This document shows, piece by piece, positions 25,089-37,338 of a stretch of 64,000 bases of DNA; position 1 is the stretch's first letter; every line of letters begins with the position of its first letter. The notes below the pieces were generated by a model. It was not told where the DNA came from. It ran no database searches and saw only the letters and a list, made by a program, of their open reading frames with translations. The position numbers were made by a program, and so were the translations under genes. Location of the stretch: positions 8,248,001 to 8,312,000 of the forward strand of contig CM075995.1 of the NCBI GenBank assembly GCA_038087875.1, given 5' to 3'. The DNA is from Malacoraja senta. Taxonomy: Eukaryota.

Positions 25089-28000
25089 GAGATATTCACA
25101 AATACACACATATATATGTATCATACACACATATGTATCATATACCAGATATATATACATATAATGATATATATGTGTGTATATGATATATATATATGTG
25201 TATTTGTGAGTATTTTTACACAAACAACTTTTTTTCTCGTTTACTAAACTTTACAGAGTACTATGTTTACATGTTCACTCTTGACTCTTGAGTGATACAG
25301 TGTGGAAACAGGCCCTTCGGCCCAACTTGCCCACACGGGCCAACATGTCCCAGCTACACTAGTCCCACTTGCCTGCGTTTGCTCCATATCCCTCCAAACC
25401 TGTCCTATCCATATGTACGTGTCTCACTGTTTCTTGAATGTTGTGATAGTACCTGCCTCAAAATAAAGATAATTTTAGCAGCCACAAATTGATCTAGTTG
25501 AGTTAACTATAGCGTTACTGTGAGGCAGTCAGGAACCGCTGCTGAGTCACGGTGACAACGGTCACGGTGGCGCAGCGGTAGAGTTGCTGCCTTATAGCGC
25601 TGGCAGCGTCGGAGACGGGTTCGATCCCGACTACGGGTGCTGTCTACGGAGTTCGTACGTTCTCCCCGTGACCCGCGTGTGTTTTCTCCGAGATCTTCGG
25701 TTTCCTCCCACACGCCAAAGACGTACAGGTTTATAGGTTAATTGGCTTGGTAAATGTAAACATTGGCCCTAGTGGGTGTAGGATTATTCCAGTATAGTCC
25801 CTGGTGGACTCTTGATGACCACAAGACAAGACAAGTCCACAGTGTCCCAGTGAAATAAAGGGATAGAGATTTCAAATTCCACAGACATGTCACTAGAGTT
25901 TAGTTTAGTTTCGTGATACAGTACGGAAACAGGACCTTTGGCCCACCGAGTCCGCGCCGACCAGCGATCCCCGCACACTAACACTATCCTACACACACGA
26001 GGGACAATTACATTTTTTTTTACCAAAGCCAATTAGCCTACTAACCTGTACGTCTTCCAAGTGTGGGAGGAAACTGGTGCACCCTGAGAAAACCCATGCG
26101 GTCACAGGGAGAATGTACAAACTCTGTACAGACAGCATGCATGGTCAGGATTGAACCCGGGTTTCTGGCTCTGTGAAAGTAGGGCTTGAGAATTTCATGC
26201 TGGCAATAACAAAGTTATGGGTCGGAAGCAACTGCAGATGCTGGTTTACACCGAAGATAGACACAAAATGCTGGAGTAACTCAGTGGGACAGGCAGCATC
26301 TCTGGAGAGAAGGGTCTCGACCAAAAAAAGTCACTCATTCCTTCACTCCAGGGATGCTGCCTGTCCCGCTGAGTTACTCCAGCATTTTGTTTCTATCTTT
26401 TATTGTGTTCAGTACTGCTTTATCAGACCTGTTACACTGCTGCAAGAAAGGATTTCATTGTTCTGTGTACACACATATTAAACACTGAAGATTGACAAAA
26501 AAAATGCTGGAGGAAAGAAAGAACTGCAGATGCTGGAAAAATATGGAAGGTGAGGTGTGAAAACGAGAGATCAAAGGGGATGATGTTTAAGGAAAATCAT
26601 TCACACACTCTCTTTTTCACACAGAGAGTTGTGAGTTTGTGGAATTCTCTGCCCCAGAGGGCAGTGGAGGCCGGTTCGCTGGATACTTTCAAGAGAGAGC
26701 TAGATAGGGCTCTTAAAGATAGCGGAGTGAAGAGATATAGGGAGAAGGCAGGAACGGGGTACTAATTGTGGATGATCAGCCATGATCACATTGAATGGCG
26801 GTGCTGGCTCGAAGGGCCAAATGGCCGAGGCCTGCACCTATTGTCTATTGTCTATCATTGTTATTTGGGGGAAGGTGACAACGAAGCATACAAAGTCAAA
26901 TTTAGTCAGGAGGACTGTCAGACTGGTCGGAGAACGAGGATGCATGGTGGGATGGAGTTGCAATGCTCAGTCGGCCAAAGTCCCTGATTCTGCGCTGTTT
27001 CTCTAAACTAAACTAATGCAGAAATCAGAGCAAGAGGCCGGACTCCAGAAACAGACACATGCACCATATTGTTCTGTGTTATGTACAGAGGGAGACACAG
27101 TGTATTGAAGGGTAAAGTGTGAAAGGTCAATGAAACACTCTTGATTCTTGATTCTTGACTCTGGAACAATGGTGCCTGATTACTACAGGAAGGTTTCCCC
27201 CCGATACGGGCTGGTCCATGGATTTGTGTGATGGGAGATCATGTCTCACGAATTTGATTGAGTTTTTGAAGAAGTAACCAAGTCTGCCTACAGTCTGTTT
27301 GTCTTTTTTATTTTAGTCTGTTTAAAGTATGTTTTTTTTCCTTTCTATTTTATGTGGGGGAGGGGGTAGGGTAAGGGGGAAACCATCCTTTAGTCACTTC
27401 CTGGCGAGGATGCAACTATTATTCGAGTCGCGCCCTCGCCCCCCTCCTTGCGGCTTACCTACTGGATTGGACCAGAGCATCAGCAGCGGCAGCGCAGCGC
27501 TGGATACTCTCTTTTTCACTTTTGTGAGTTTGTGGAATTCTCTGCCCCAGAGGGCAGTGGAGGCCGGTTCGCTGGATACTTTCAAGAGAGAGCTAGATAG
27601 GGCTCTTAAAGATAGCGGAGTGAAGAGATATAGGGAGAAGGCAGGAACGGGGTACTAATTGTGGATGATCAGCCATGATCACATTGAATGGCGGTGCTGG
27701 CTCGAAGGGCCAAATGGCCTAGTGTCTCACTTGGGATCGCCGTTTGAAGCTCCGGAGTGTTGAGCCTGCTGCATCAACATCGCGGAGCTGTGTTTTGCAG
27801 AGCTCCCAGCACGGGCGGTGCTGACCAACATTGCGGAGTCCTGGGACTCTTTGCCGGGGGCCGCCAGCGTTGAATCTCCGCCAGCTCGGCCTGTGGACTT
27901 CGGGAGCCGCAGACTCCGGAGGGAGGTGGCCGATTCAGAGGTCCAGGCCACTGAGGACGTTCTTCTGTTCGACGTCGGGGTTCCATCGTTCCCGGCGAGA

Positions 28001-29260
28001 GGGCCTGAACATCGGGCCGCCCATAGTGGCGACTGCGGGGGCCTCGGGAGGCCACGACCACGGGTGAACATCGGGGAACATCAGCAAGGAAGTTGACTGG
28101 ACATTCGTTCCTTCCCTCACAGTGGGGAACTTTGGTGCTGCTGTGGGGATGTTTGTGTTGTGGACTATTGTTCTGTGTTTTCGTTTTTTAAATTTTTTTA
28201 TTCGTATGACTGTATGGGAAATAGCAATTTGTTGCCTCTTACTTGAAGACAATGACAATAAATTGAATCAAATCAAATCTAGAAGGTTGACAAGGGTAAG
28301 ACCATCTTCTTCTTAGGCCCCCCTTGGTCATGGCCATGGGTGTCTACAGGGTTGGAGGACGCCAGTCCGTGACTTTGTTTAACGTGGGGAGACTGGTGCA
28401 CAGACAGCCACCCCACGGTCCTTGACAGATCTGGGTCAGGATCCAGTGGTATGGAGTCCAAGACGACCGGAGAACCGTTTCTGCTGCAGCCTTCATCCGC
28501 CTTCCCAGCCGTTGTGACGCTCCACTAAGGTCAGCCATCGTCCTCCGCCTGTTCCACCGTTGAGGTCTTGGTTGGATTGCTCTTTGTCAGAGACCTCCCC
28601 CTCGAAACATTGTCTATTTCCTTCGCTCCATAGATGCTGCCTCACCCGCTGAGTTTCTCCAGCATTTTTGTCTATCCATATGTACGTGTCTCACAGTTTC
28701 TTGAATGTTGTGATAGTACCTGCCCTGGGGCAGATCTACTATGAAACTAATGAAGCTTAAGCTTCAGGGAACCAAATCCCAGAAGCAACTTTAGTCCAGA
28801 TATTCTTCCGATTTAAATCGGAATTCCGATTTTGTTTGTTTTCCTAGGAATCTGATTTTTCACCTGGACTCAACCCCTCGCCTCTTGTCTCAACTAAACT
28901 TCACCTCACACTTAAACCTCAATTCACTAAACCTTGTCTCGACTAAACCTCCCACCTCACACCTAATCCCCGCCTCGATTAATGGCCGCCTCCCTCCCGC
29001 TCGCGCTCCCGCGGGGAGGGGCTGCAGCCGCCACAAGCGGGGTGGGCGGGGCTCGGGCTCGACGTCAACGTCACTGCGCGCATGCGCCCCCCGCAACCGA
29101 CTCTCTCGGGCAGTGCACCTGCGCCGCGCTCGGCCCCGCCCCCCTGGTTGGAGCCGTTGGTTCCGCTGAGCGCGAGCGGGAGAGAGGCGGCGATTAGTCG
29201 AGGCACGGATTAGGTGTCAGGTGTCGTCGTGAGGTATCGTAGAGGTGAGGGGATTATTCG
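25089..29260 (+). repeat. Segmental duplication, copy 2 (with internal deletions)
   Basis: Direct copy of 17920-22998, including the GC-rich element (27282-28278), hAT end A and the CpG module. Confidence 0.92.
28865..29260. promoter_or_regulatory. CpG-rich promoter-like module, copy 2
   Basis: GACGTCAACGTCA, GCGCATGCGC (NRF1-type), GC box; inverted arms 28952-29008 and 29168-29223. Confidence 0.5.
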
Positions 29261-29261
29261 A

Positions 29262-31384
29262 AATCCATATTTGAAATCCACATGTTTATAGTTGGTATTG
29301 GAGCGTTTTTCCAGAATTTTAGGATTAACTTTTTTCCAGTTATTAACCCATATTCATTTCTTTTGGAACACATTTAGTTCTGGACTATCTTCCGTTGTTC
29401 CAAAGAAAATCCATTCTGCTTTGGGTATCAGTTTTATTTTAAATAATATTGTAAAGATTTCAAAAATTTCAATCCAAAATTTTTGAATTTTTGTACAGAA
29501 AACAAATGAGTGCGCTATAGTAGCTTCTTGAGATTGACATTTATCACAAATGGATGATACATTTGGGAACATTTTATTAATTTTTGTTTTGGAATAATAT
29601 AATCTATGTAAAATTTTAAATTGTATTAAAGTGTGTCTTACATTAATCGAACATTTATGCACGTTTAATAAATGTTCATTCCACCTTTCCTTTGAGATTT
29701 TAATAGCTAATTCTTGTTCCCAGTCTCTTCTAATACCTTCCGTAGATGGTATTTCTACATTTAAGATAATATTATACAAATATGATATTATGTTTGCTGA
29801 TTCAGCTTTTATCTGCATTGCTTCATCCAATACATCTGCTGGGCTATTATAATGATGTTTTGTATATTTTTTCAAATAGTCACATATTTGAAAATATTTA
29901 AAATATTGATTATTTCCCAGTTTATATTTTATTTGTAATTGTTGGAATGATAGTAATTTTCCAGTTTCATACAAGTCACCGAACATTTTAATTCATAGTC
30001 TATCCCATTGTATAAAAGATTTGTCTGTAATAGAGGGATTAAACGAAGGGTTATTAACTATTGGAGATAAAAGCGATAGATTTCTTAATTTTAAATTTTG
30101 TTTTATTTGTTTCCAAATTCTGATTGTACTATGTATAATTGGGTTTTTGTTATAATTTATGTTATTCAGTTTCATTGGTGAGAGGAGGATCACTCCAATG
30201 TTTCCAGAGGAGCAGTCCTCTCTCTCCATTACAATCCAGTCCACTTGCTGGGCAGAGTTGTCCATCAGTTGAATCATATTTTTAATATTTACTGACCAAT
30301 AATAATACATGAAGTTAGGGAGTGCTAAGCCCCCTAATACTTTAGCTTTGTTCAAGTGTGTTCTTTGTATTCTATGTGATTTATAGTCCCATATCAAATT
30401 AGTAATGTCTGAATCCAGTTTAAAAAAAAACTTCTTTGGTAGGTATATAGGAATCGATTGAAATAGGTATAAAATTTGTGGTAAGAAGATCATTTTTATT
30501 GCATTTATTCGGCCTATTAAAGACATCGGGAGGGTTTTCCAAAATTTAATTCGTGTATTTAATTTATTAAGTAAAGGATCAAAATTTGCTTTAAACATGC
30601 CTTGATATGTTCTAGTGATTTCAATACCCAAGTATTTAAATTTTTCTGCAGCTATTTTAAAAGGGAATTTTAAAAGATGTGTTGAGTCTTTCGGTTTTAT
30701 TGACATAATTTCACTTTTATTCCAATTTATTCTGTATCCAGAAAAAGATCCAAAGTCCTCAATTAAATTTAATATATTTGGTATAGTAATTTGAGGTTTT
30801 GTAATGTATAATAATATATCATCCGCGTATAAAGATATTTTATTATTTGAATATTTAGTATTATACCCATGGATATGTGGATGTGTTCTAATTTTTTCTG
30901 CTAACGGTTCAATTATGAGAGCAAACAACTGTGGTGATAATGAGCATCCTTGTCTATTTCCCCTTGATAGTTGAAATTTCGAGGATAATATGTTATTAGT
31001 TAATATTCTAGCTGTAGGTTTATTATATAATAGTTTAATCCATAAAATAAAATTCTCTCCCAGTTGGAATTTTTGTAATACTTTATCCATATAATTCCAT
31101 TCTACTTGGTCAAATGCTTTTTCAGCGTCCAGTGAAATAATTGATAATTCTTGTTCTTCAAATTTATGTGAGTGCATTATATTGAGTAGACGTCTCATAT
31201 TATTAGATTAATATCTCTTAGGGATAAACCCCATCTGATCTGGGTTTATTAGTTTACTAATATATTTACTTAATCTTCTAGCTAATGTTTTCGCTAATAT
31301 TTTTTGATCTGTATTTAACAATGCTATAGCTCTATATGAACCCGGTTCTTCTAAAGCTTTGTCTTTTTTAAGTATTAGTGTGAT
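29262..31384 (-). mobile_element. L1-clade LINE fragment (RT and C-terminal region), truncated at both ends
   Basis: SLDAEKAFD, RQGCSLSP, LYADD, CDKC..HSFVFC; frameshifted; paralogous to 59575-63366. Confidence 0.95.
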
Positions 31385-34079
31385 CATAAAGAATTTAAAC
31401 TGAACTTTTGCCAAAGTGCAAAAGAAGTTACAGGAGTTGACAAAATGTGTAGGAAGGAACTGCAGACGCTGGATTAAAATGAAGGTAGACACAAAATGCT
31501 GGAGTAACTCAGCGGGACAGGCAGCATCTCTGGAGAGAAGGAATGGGTGATGTTTCGGGTCGAGACCCTTCTTCAGACTTTCTAATTTTAGAGGTTAACA
31601 TTGATATTGATTATTACTCAAAATTCCAGACACAATGTCTCAATGTTTTCTCCCTTGTAGAGTTTTATTTGCAATCAGTGGGTCCTATTTGCATTCCTTT
31701 TAGTCAGAGACACCTTCCTTTGCATTTTAAATTTCAATATATTTGGTTACACAACTTGATACATTCAATTAAATCTGTATTTTTTTATAAATATCGAGGT
31801 AATTAGTTGAAAACACCAATATGGCTGAATTATGTAGGAAGGAACTGCAGATGCTGGTTTACACCAAAGAATGTCAGTGAGGCCCAACGCAAATTGGAGG
31901 ATCAGCACCTCATATTTCTCTTTGAGCAGCTTACACCCTAGCAGTATGAATGACTTCAAGTAACCCTTGCATTGCAAATCCATCCCTCCCCCATCCTTGT
32001 TCTCTGACCAGTCTGACAGTCCTCCTGACTAAATTTGACTTTGTATGCTTCGTTGTCACCTTCCCCCAGATAACAATGATAGACAATAGATAATAGACAA
32101 TACGTGCAGGCCCATGCCATTCGGCCCTTTGGGCCAGCATCGCCCTCTGAGGCAGAGAATTCCACAGACTCACAACTCTGTGTAAAATAGAGAGTGTGTG
32201 AATGATTTTCCTTAAATATCGTCCCCTTTGATCTCTCGTTTTCACACCTCACCTTCCATATCATATGTTTCCAGCATCTGCAGTTCTTTCTGAAACACTT
32301 CCATATCTCTGTCTCCCTCTCCCCTGTCTCAGTCTGAAGAAGGGTCTCGACTGGAAAAGTCACCCATTCCTTCTCTCCAGAAATGCTGCCTGTCCCGCTG
32401 AGTTACTCCAGCATTTTTTTGTCAAACTTCAGTGTTTAATATGTGTGGACACAGAACAATAAAATCCTTTCTTGCAGCAGAATAACAGGTCTGTAAACGC
32501 AGTACTGAACACAATAAAAGATAGACACAAAATGCTGGTGTAACTCAGCGGGACAGGCAGCATCCCTGGAGAGAAGGAATGAGTAACTTTTATGGTCAAG
32601 ACCCTTCTCTCCAGAGATGCTGCCTGTCCCACTGAGTTACTGCAGCATTTTGTGTCTATCTTCGGTGTAAACCAGCATCTGCAGTTGCTTCCTACACATA
32701 ACTTTGTTATTGCCAGCCTGAAATTCTCAAACCCTGATTTCCCTGTAGGCACAGTTGTTTAGTTTCTCACATAACTTTCTTCAATATGGCAAGGTTTTAC
32801 TTTGCACGGTGGCGCAGCGGTAGAGATGTTGCCTCACAGCGCCAGAGACCCTGCTTCCATCCTGACCATGCGTGCTGTCTGTACAGAGTTTGTACGTTCT
32901 CCCTGTGAGCTGCGAGAGTTTCTTCGGGTGCTCTGGTTTCCTCCCGCACTCCAAAGACGTACAGGTTAGTAGGTTAATTGGCTTCGGTAAAAAAGTGTAA
33001 ATTGTCCCTAGTGTGTGTGGGATAGTGTTAGTGTGCGGGGATCGCTGGTCGGCGCGGACTGGGTGGGCCTAAGGGCCTGTTTCCGTACTGTATCTCGAAA
33101 CTAAACTAAAGTAATATAAACTCCAGTGACATGTCTGTGGAATTTGAATTCTCTATCCCTTTATTTCTCTGGGATACTGTGGACTCAGCACCGGTTTCTG
33201 TCTGCCTCACTGTAATCCAACAGTCAACAATTAACTCAACAAGATAATAGACAATAGGTGCAGGAGTAGGCCATTTGGCCCTTCGAGCCAGCACCGCCAT
33301 TCAACGTGATCATGGCTGATCATCCCCAATCTACCCCGTTCCTGCCTTCGCCCCATATCCCTGACTACGCTATTTTAAAGAGCCCTATCTAGCTCTCTCT
33401 TGAAAGCATCCAGAGAACCTGCCTCCACCACCCTCTGAGGCAGAGAATTCCACAGACTCACCATTCTCTGTGAGAAAAAGTGGTTTCCTCGTCTCCTTCC
33501 AAAATGGCTTACCCCTTATTCTTAAACTGTGGCCCCTGGTTCTGGACTCCCCCAACATCAGGAACATGTTTCCTGCCTCTAGCGTGTCCAAACCCTTAAC
33601 AATCTTACATGTCTCAATGAGATCTCCTCTCATCCTTCTAAACTCCAGAGTGTACAAGCCCACTGCTCCATTCTCTCAGCATATGACAGTCCCGCCATCC
33701 CGGGAATTAACCTTGTAAACCTAAGCTGCTCTCCCTCAATACCAAGAATGTCCTTCCTCAAATTAGGGGACCCAAAACTGCACACAATACTCCAGGTGTG
33801 GTCTCACTCGGGCTCTGTACAATTGCAGAAGGACCTCTTTGCTCCTATATTTGATTCCTCTTGTTGTAAAGGCCAACATGCCATTTGCTTTCCTCACTGC
33901 CTGCTGTACCTGCATGCTTACTTTCATAGACTGATGTACAAGGACCCCCAGATCCCGTTGTACTTCCCCTTTGCCCAACTTCACGCCATTTAGATAGTAA
34001 TCTTGCCTTCCTGTTTTTGCTACCAAAGTGGAAAGAAAATTTGTGGCTGCTAAAATTATTTTTAATCTTGAGGCAGGTA
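31385..34079 (-). repeat. Inverted copy of the duplicated segment, right part (interrupted by CR1 at 33245-34030)
   Basis: Reverse complement of 18306-20592, lacking the SINE at about 18393-18692. Confidence 0.9.
33245..34030 (-). mobile_element. CR1 3' fragment
   Basis: QRDLGVLVH..RPHLEYCVQFW..EFRRMRGDLIE. Confidence 0.9.
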
Positions 34080-34513
34080 CAGTGGTGGACCTACATTTTT
34101 GGGGCCCTGAAGCTTGAACTGTTATGGGGCCCTTCGCAACCAGCACCGAGGTCCTGGGTAACCACTGTTATCTTCTGCAATGGGGTTGTTCCACGACAGA
34201 TCACCACAAAATTTTAATTTCTGTCATAAATGTTAATAGTGTTTTAAATTATTTATAATTATTTTTATATTAAATATATTTAGAATGAAACATCCTTAAT
34301 TTGAATATTTTTTTGTTTACGGCTACTTTAATAACCTTTTAATTTTTATCTGAACTATTATTTTGTATTGACTATCATACAGTAGTCCCAACATTTTTAA
34401 GCAATGTGGACTAAGCATTGAAAAAAAGTAGGAAGTATTGGCCGGGGGTCCAGGAGGCTGACTAGGCCCTCGGCAGGGTCCAGGGGCAGCGCCCCCGGTG
34501 GGGGTTCAGGGGA
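34080..34513. mobile_element. hAT-like element end B
   Basis: GGCAGGTA (reverse complement TACCTGCC) then CAGTGGTGGACCTAC..GGGGCCCTGAAGCTT. The inner boundary is approximate. Confidence 0.65.
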
Positions 34514-36337
34514 AATGCCTGCCACAGTCGGTTCGTATTGGTGGAAATGTGTCAGACTCGATAACAATCAGCATGGGAGCACCTCAAGGCTGCGTGCTCA
34601 GCCCCCTGCTGTACTCACTCTATACTCATGACTGCGTAGCCGGTCATAGTGCGAACTCCATCATCAAGTTCGCTGACGACACCACTGTTGTGGGATGTAT
34701 CACTGATGGGGATGAGTCAGAGTATAGAAGAGAGATCGAGCAACTGTCCATATGGTGCCAGCACAATAACCTAGCCCTCAACACCAGCAAAACCAAGGAA
34801 CTGATTGTGACTTGGAAGGAGTAGGATGGGGACCCACAGTCCCATTTATATCAACGATCGATGGTTGAAAGAGTCAAGAGCTTCAAATTCCTGGGCGTGC
34901 ACATCTCTGAAGATCTTTCCTGGTCCGAAAACACTGATGCAATTATTAAGAAAGCACATCAGCGCCTCTACTTCCTGAGAAGATTACGGGAGAGTCGGTT
35001 TGTCAAGGAGGACTCTCTCTAACTTCTACAGGTGCACAGTAGAGACATGCTGACTGGTTGCATCGTGGCTTGGTTCGGCAACTTGAACACCCTGGAGAGG
35101 AAAAGACTACAAAAAGTGGTAAACACTGCCCAGTCCATCATCGGCTCTGACCTCCCTTCCATCGAGGGGATCTATCGCTTTCACTGCCTCAAAAAGGCTG
35201 GCAGTATCATCAAGGACGCACACCATCCTGGCCACCCACTCATCTCCCTGCTACCTTCAGGTAGAATGACAGGAGCCTGAAGACTGCAACGACCAGGTTC
35301 AGGAATAGCTGCTTCCCCACATCTATCAGGCTAATTAAACTTGGCTCGGACATAACTCTGAACATTAATAGCCCATTTTACTTCGGAGTCACGTGAGTGA
35401 CTACGTGAAGAAGGGCCGTCAGCCCGCATGCGCGTCATTACGTCTACCGAATTGCGCTACGACTGGCTGGCGGCGCGTCGCTCCACCAGCGGTAAGTTTC
35501 AATTCCTACAGGTAAGTTTTCAAACTTACTTTTCAGTTTGTCCTTTTGTTGCAGGAATCTCTCTTCGCAGAGTTTTCCTGTTGGATATAGTAATACGCAG
35601 CAAAACCCGGACGGACCGCGTGGAAACCTATTATGGACTGCGGGATGCCGGCTACGGACCGTGGAAGTGCGGGGTAGCGGGTGGCTATCGGGTTTGCTGC
35701 CTGAGTCGCTGACAGTGCGGTCAGCGACTCCCAAGGGCTTTTTAAATTCGGGCGATATCCGGACGGGCCGCGGGGATATTACAGTCCGCGGGAATGCCGG
35801 GCACAGACCGCGGGAGAGCGGGTAGCCGGTGGCCGTCGGGTTCGCTACCCGAGTCGCTGACAGTGCGGTCAGTGACTCCGACTTCGGCAGCCCAAAAGGT
35901 AGGCAACCATACGGAGTCGGAGAGGCCTGGGCTGGAGCCCAGCCAGGAGGGTTCCCCTCCGACTACAAGGGTACGTCCACGGATGTTTAACACATCCTGA
36001 TATGGTGGACCATATCAGCGCAGGTCCACGGGGGCCTATGGCAGCGCCTGTGCACAGGGCTGCTCACTAATCTCCCTCTCTGTGGAGAGGAGTACGAAAG
36101 GTCAATGTGTGACTGTCTCCTACCCCGGAAGTATGTCCATGGCACATACTGCAATTCATCAGAGTTCCCCTCACGTTACAAGATAAACACCCTATGCCTC
36201 CAATGGCAGTAGCAGGAATAGTGTATTCTTTTAAAAGTATGGCTATACAGGGTGGGCACCATTATGCTGGTATCCTCTGACTAATTTATCAGATCAGGAG
36301 TTTGTTCTTGGTATCATAATGTTCTTGGTATCATAAT

Positions 36338-37338
36338 GGAAGTGGCGGCGCTGGCGGCGCTGTTAATCGGCTGCGGCTCGCCTGCAGTCCGTCTGTTTTT
36401 ACTTTTTCTGTTGGTTTTTTTTGTCCTGTTTTGTTAAGTTTTAGTTTGTTGGGTTGTGTTAGGGGGGGGAGAAACATGTCCTCTGTCTCCTCCTTCGGGG
36501 GAATGCGACTTTTTTCGTGTCGTATCCCCCTTCCCTGCCTCCGTCTGCGGTGAGGCCTAATGGCGGAGCTGGCCGCCTCCATCCTGCGACCGACCCCGAG
36601 GCTACGGAGGCAGAGCCAGCCAGGAGTTACCAACGAGATGCTGGCCGTCTTCGGGCTGAGGCAGCGGTGGCCCGACTTGCTGGTGCGGCGTTCTGGCTTT
36701 CGGCGGCGGCCTGGAGCTGATGCAGCGGTGTCCGGAGCGGAGACTGCGGGACCTGGAGCTGATACAGCGGGGTCCGGAGCGGAGACTGCGGGACCTGGAG
36801 CTGATACAGCGGGGTCCAGAGCGGAGACTGCGGGACCTGGAGCTGGTGCGGCGGGGTCCGGAGTGGAGACTGCGGGACCTGGAGCTGATACAGCGGGGTC
36901 CGGAGTGGAGACTGCGGGACCTGGAGCTGATGCAGCGGGGTCCGGAGCGGAGACTGCGGGGCCTGGAGCTGGGGCGGTGGCCCGGAGCGGAGACTGCGGG
37001 ACCCGGGGCTGATGCTGTGGCTGGCCGTCTCAGAGCGGAGACGGCGTTCTGGCTTTCGACGGCGGCGACATCACCACGGAGGTCCGCTGGACTGGAGGGC
37101 GGCATCTTCGGCCTGGATCGATCGCCTCAGCGCAGAGGGAGAACAAGGAGGGAAGAGATGGAGACTAAGACTTTGCCTCCATCACAGTGAGGGTGTGCTT
37201 GGTGAACTCACTGTGGTGGATGTTTAATTTGTGTTTATTGTATGTTTTGTTATTATTGGTTCTGTGTATGACTGCAGGCATCACAATTTCGTTCAGACCG
37301 AAAGGTCTGAATGACAATAAAGGAAACTTAACTTGAAT
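36338..37338 (+). mobile_element. GC-rich non-autonomous retroelement nested in DIRS
   Basis: 5' GGAAGTGGCGGCG; 3' TTTCGTTCAGACCGAAAGGTCTGAATGACAATAAA; homologous to 56086-57043. Confidence 0.8.
36708..37020. repeat. 42-bp GC-rich minisatellite, about 7 copies
   Basis: Unit GGACCTGGAGCTGATACAGCGGGGTCCGGAGCGGAGACTGCG. Confidence 0.95.

Noticed and set aside
36560..37190. Repetitive Ala/Gly- or Arg-rich proteins
   Set aside because: Translations of the 42-bp minisatellite inside a retroelement.
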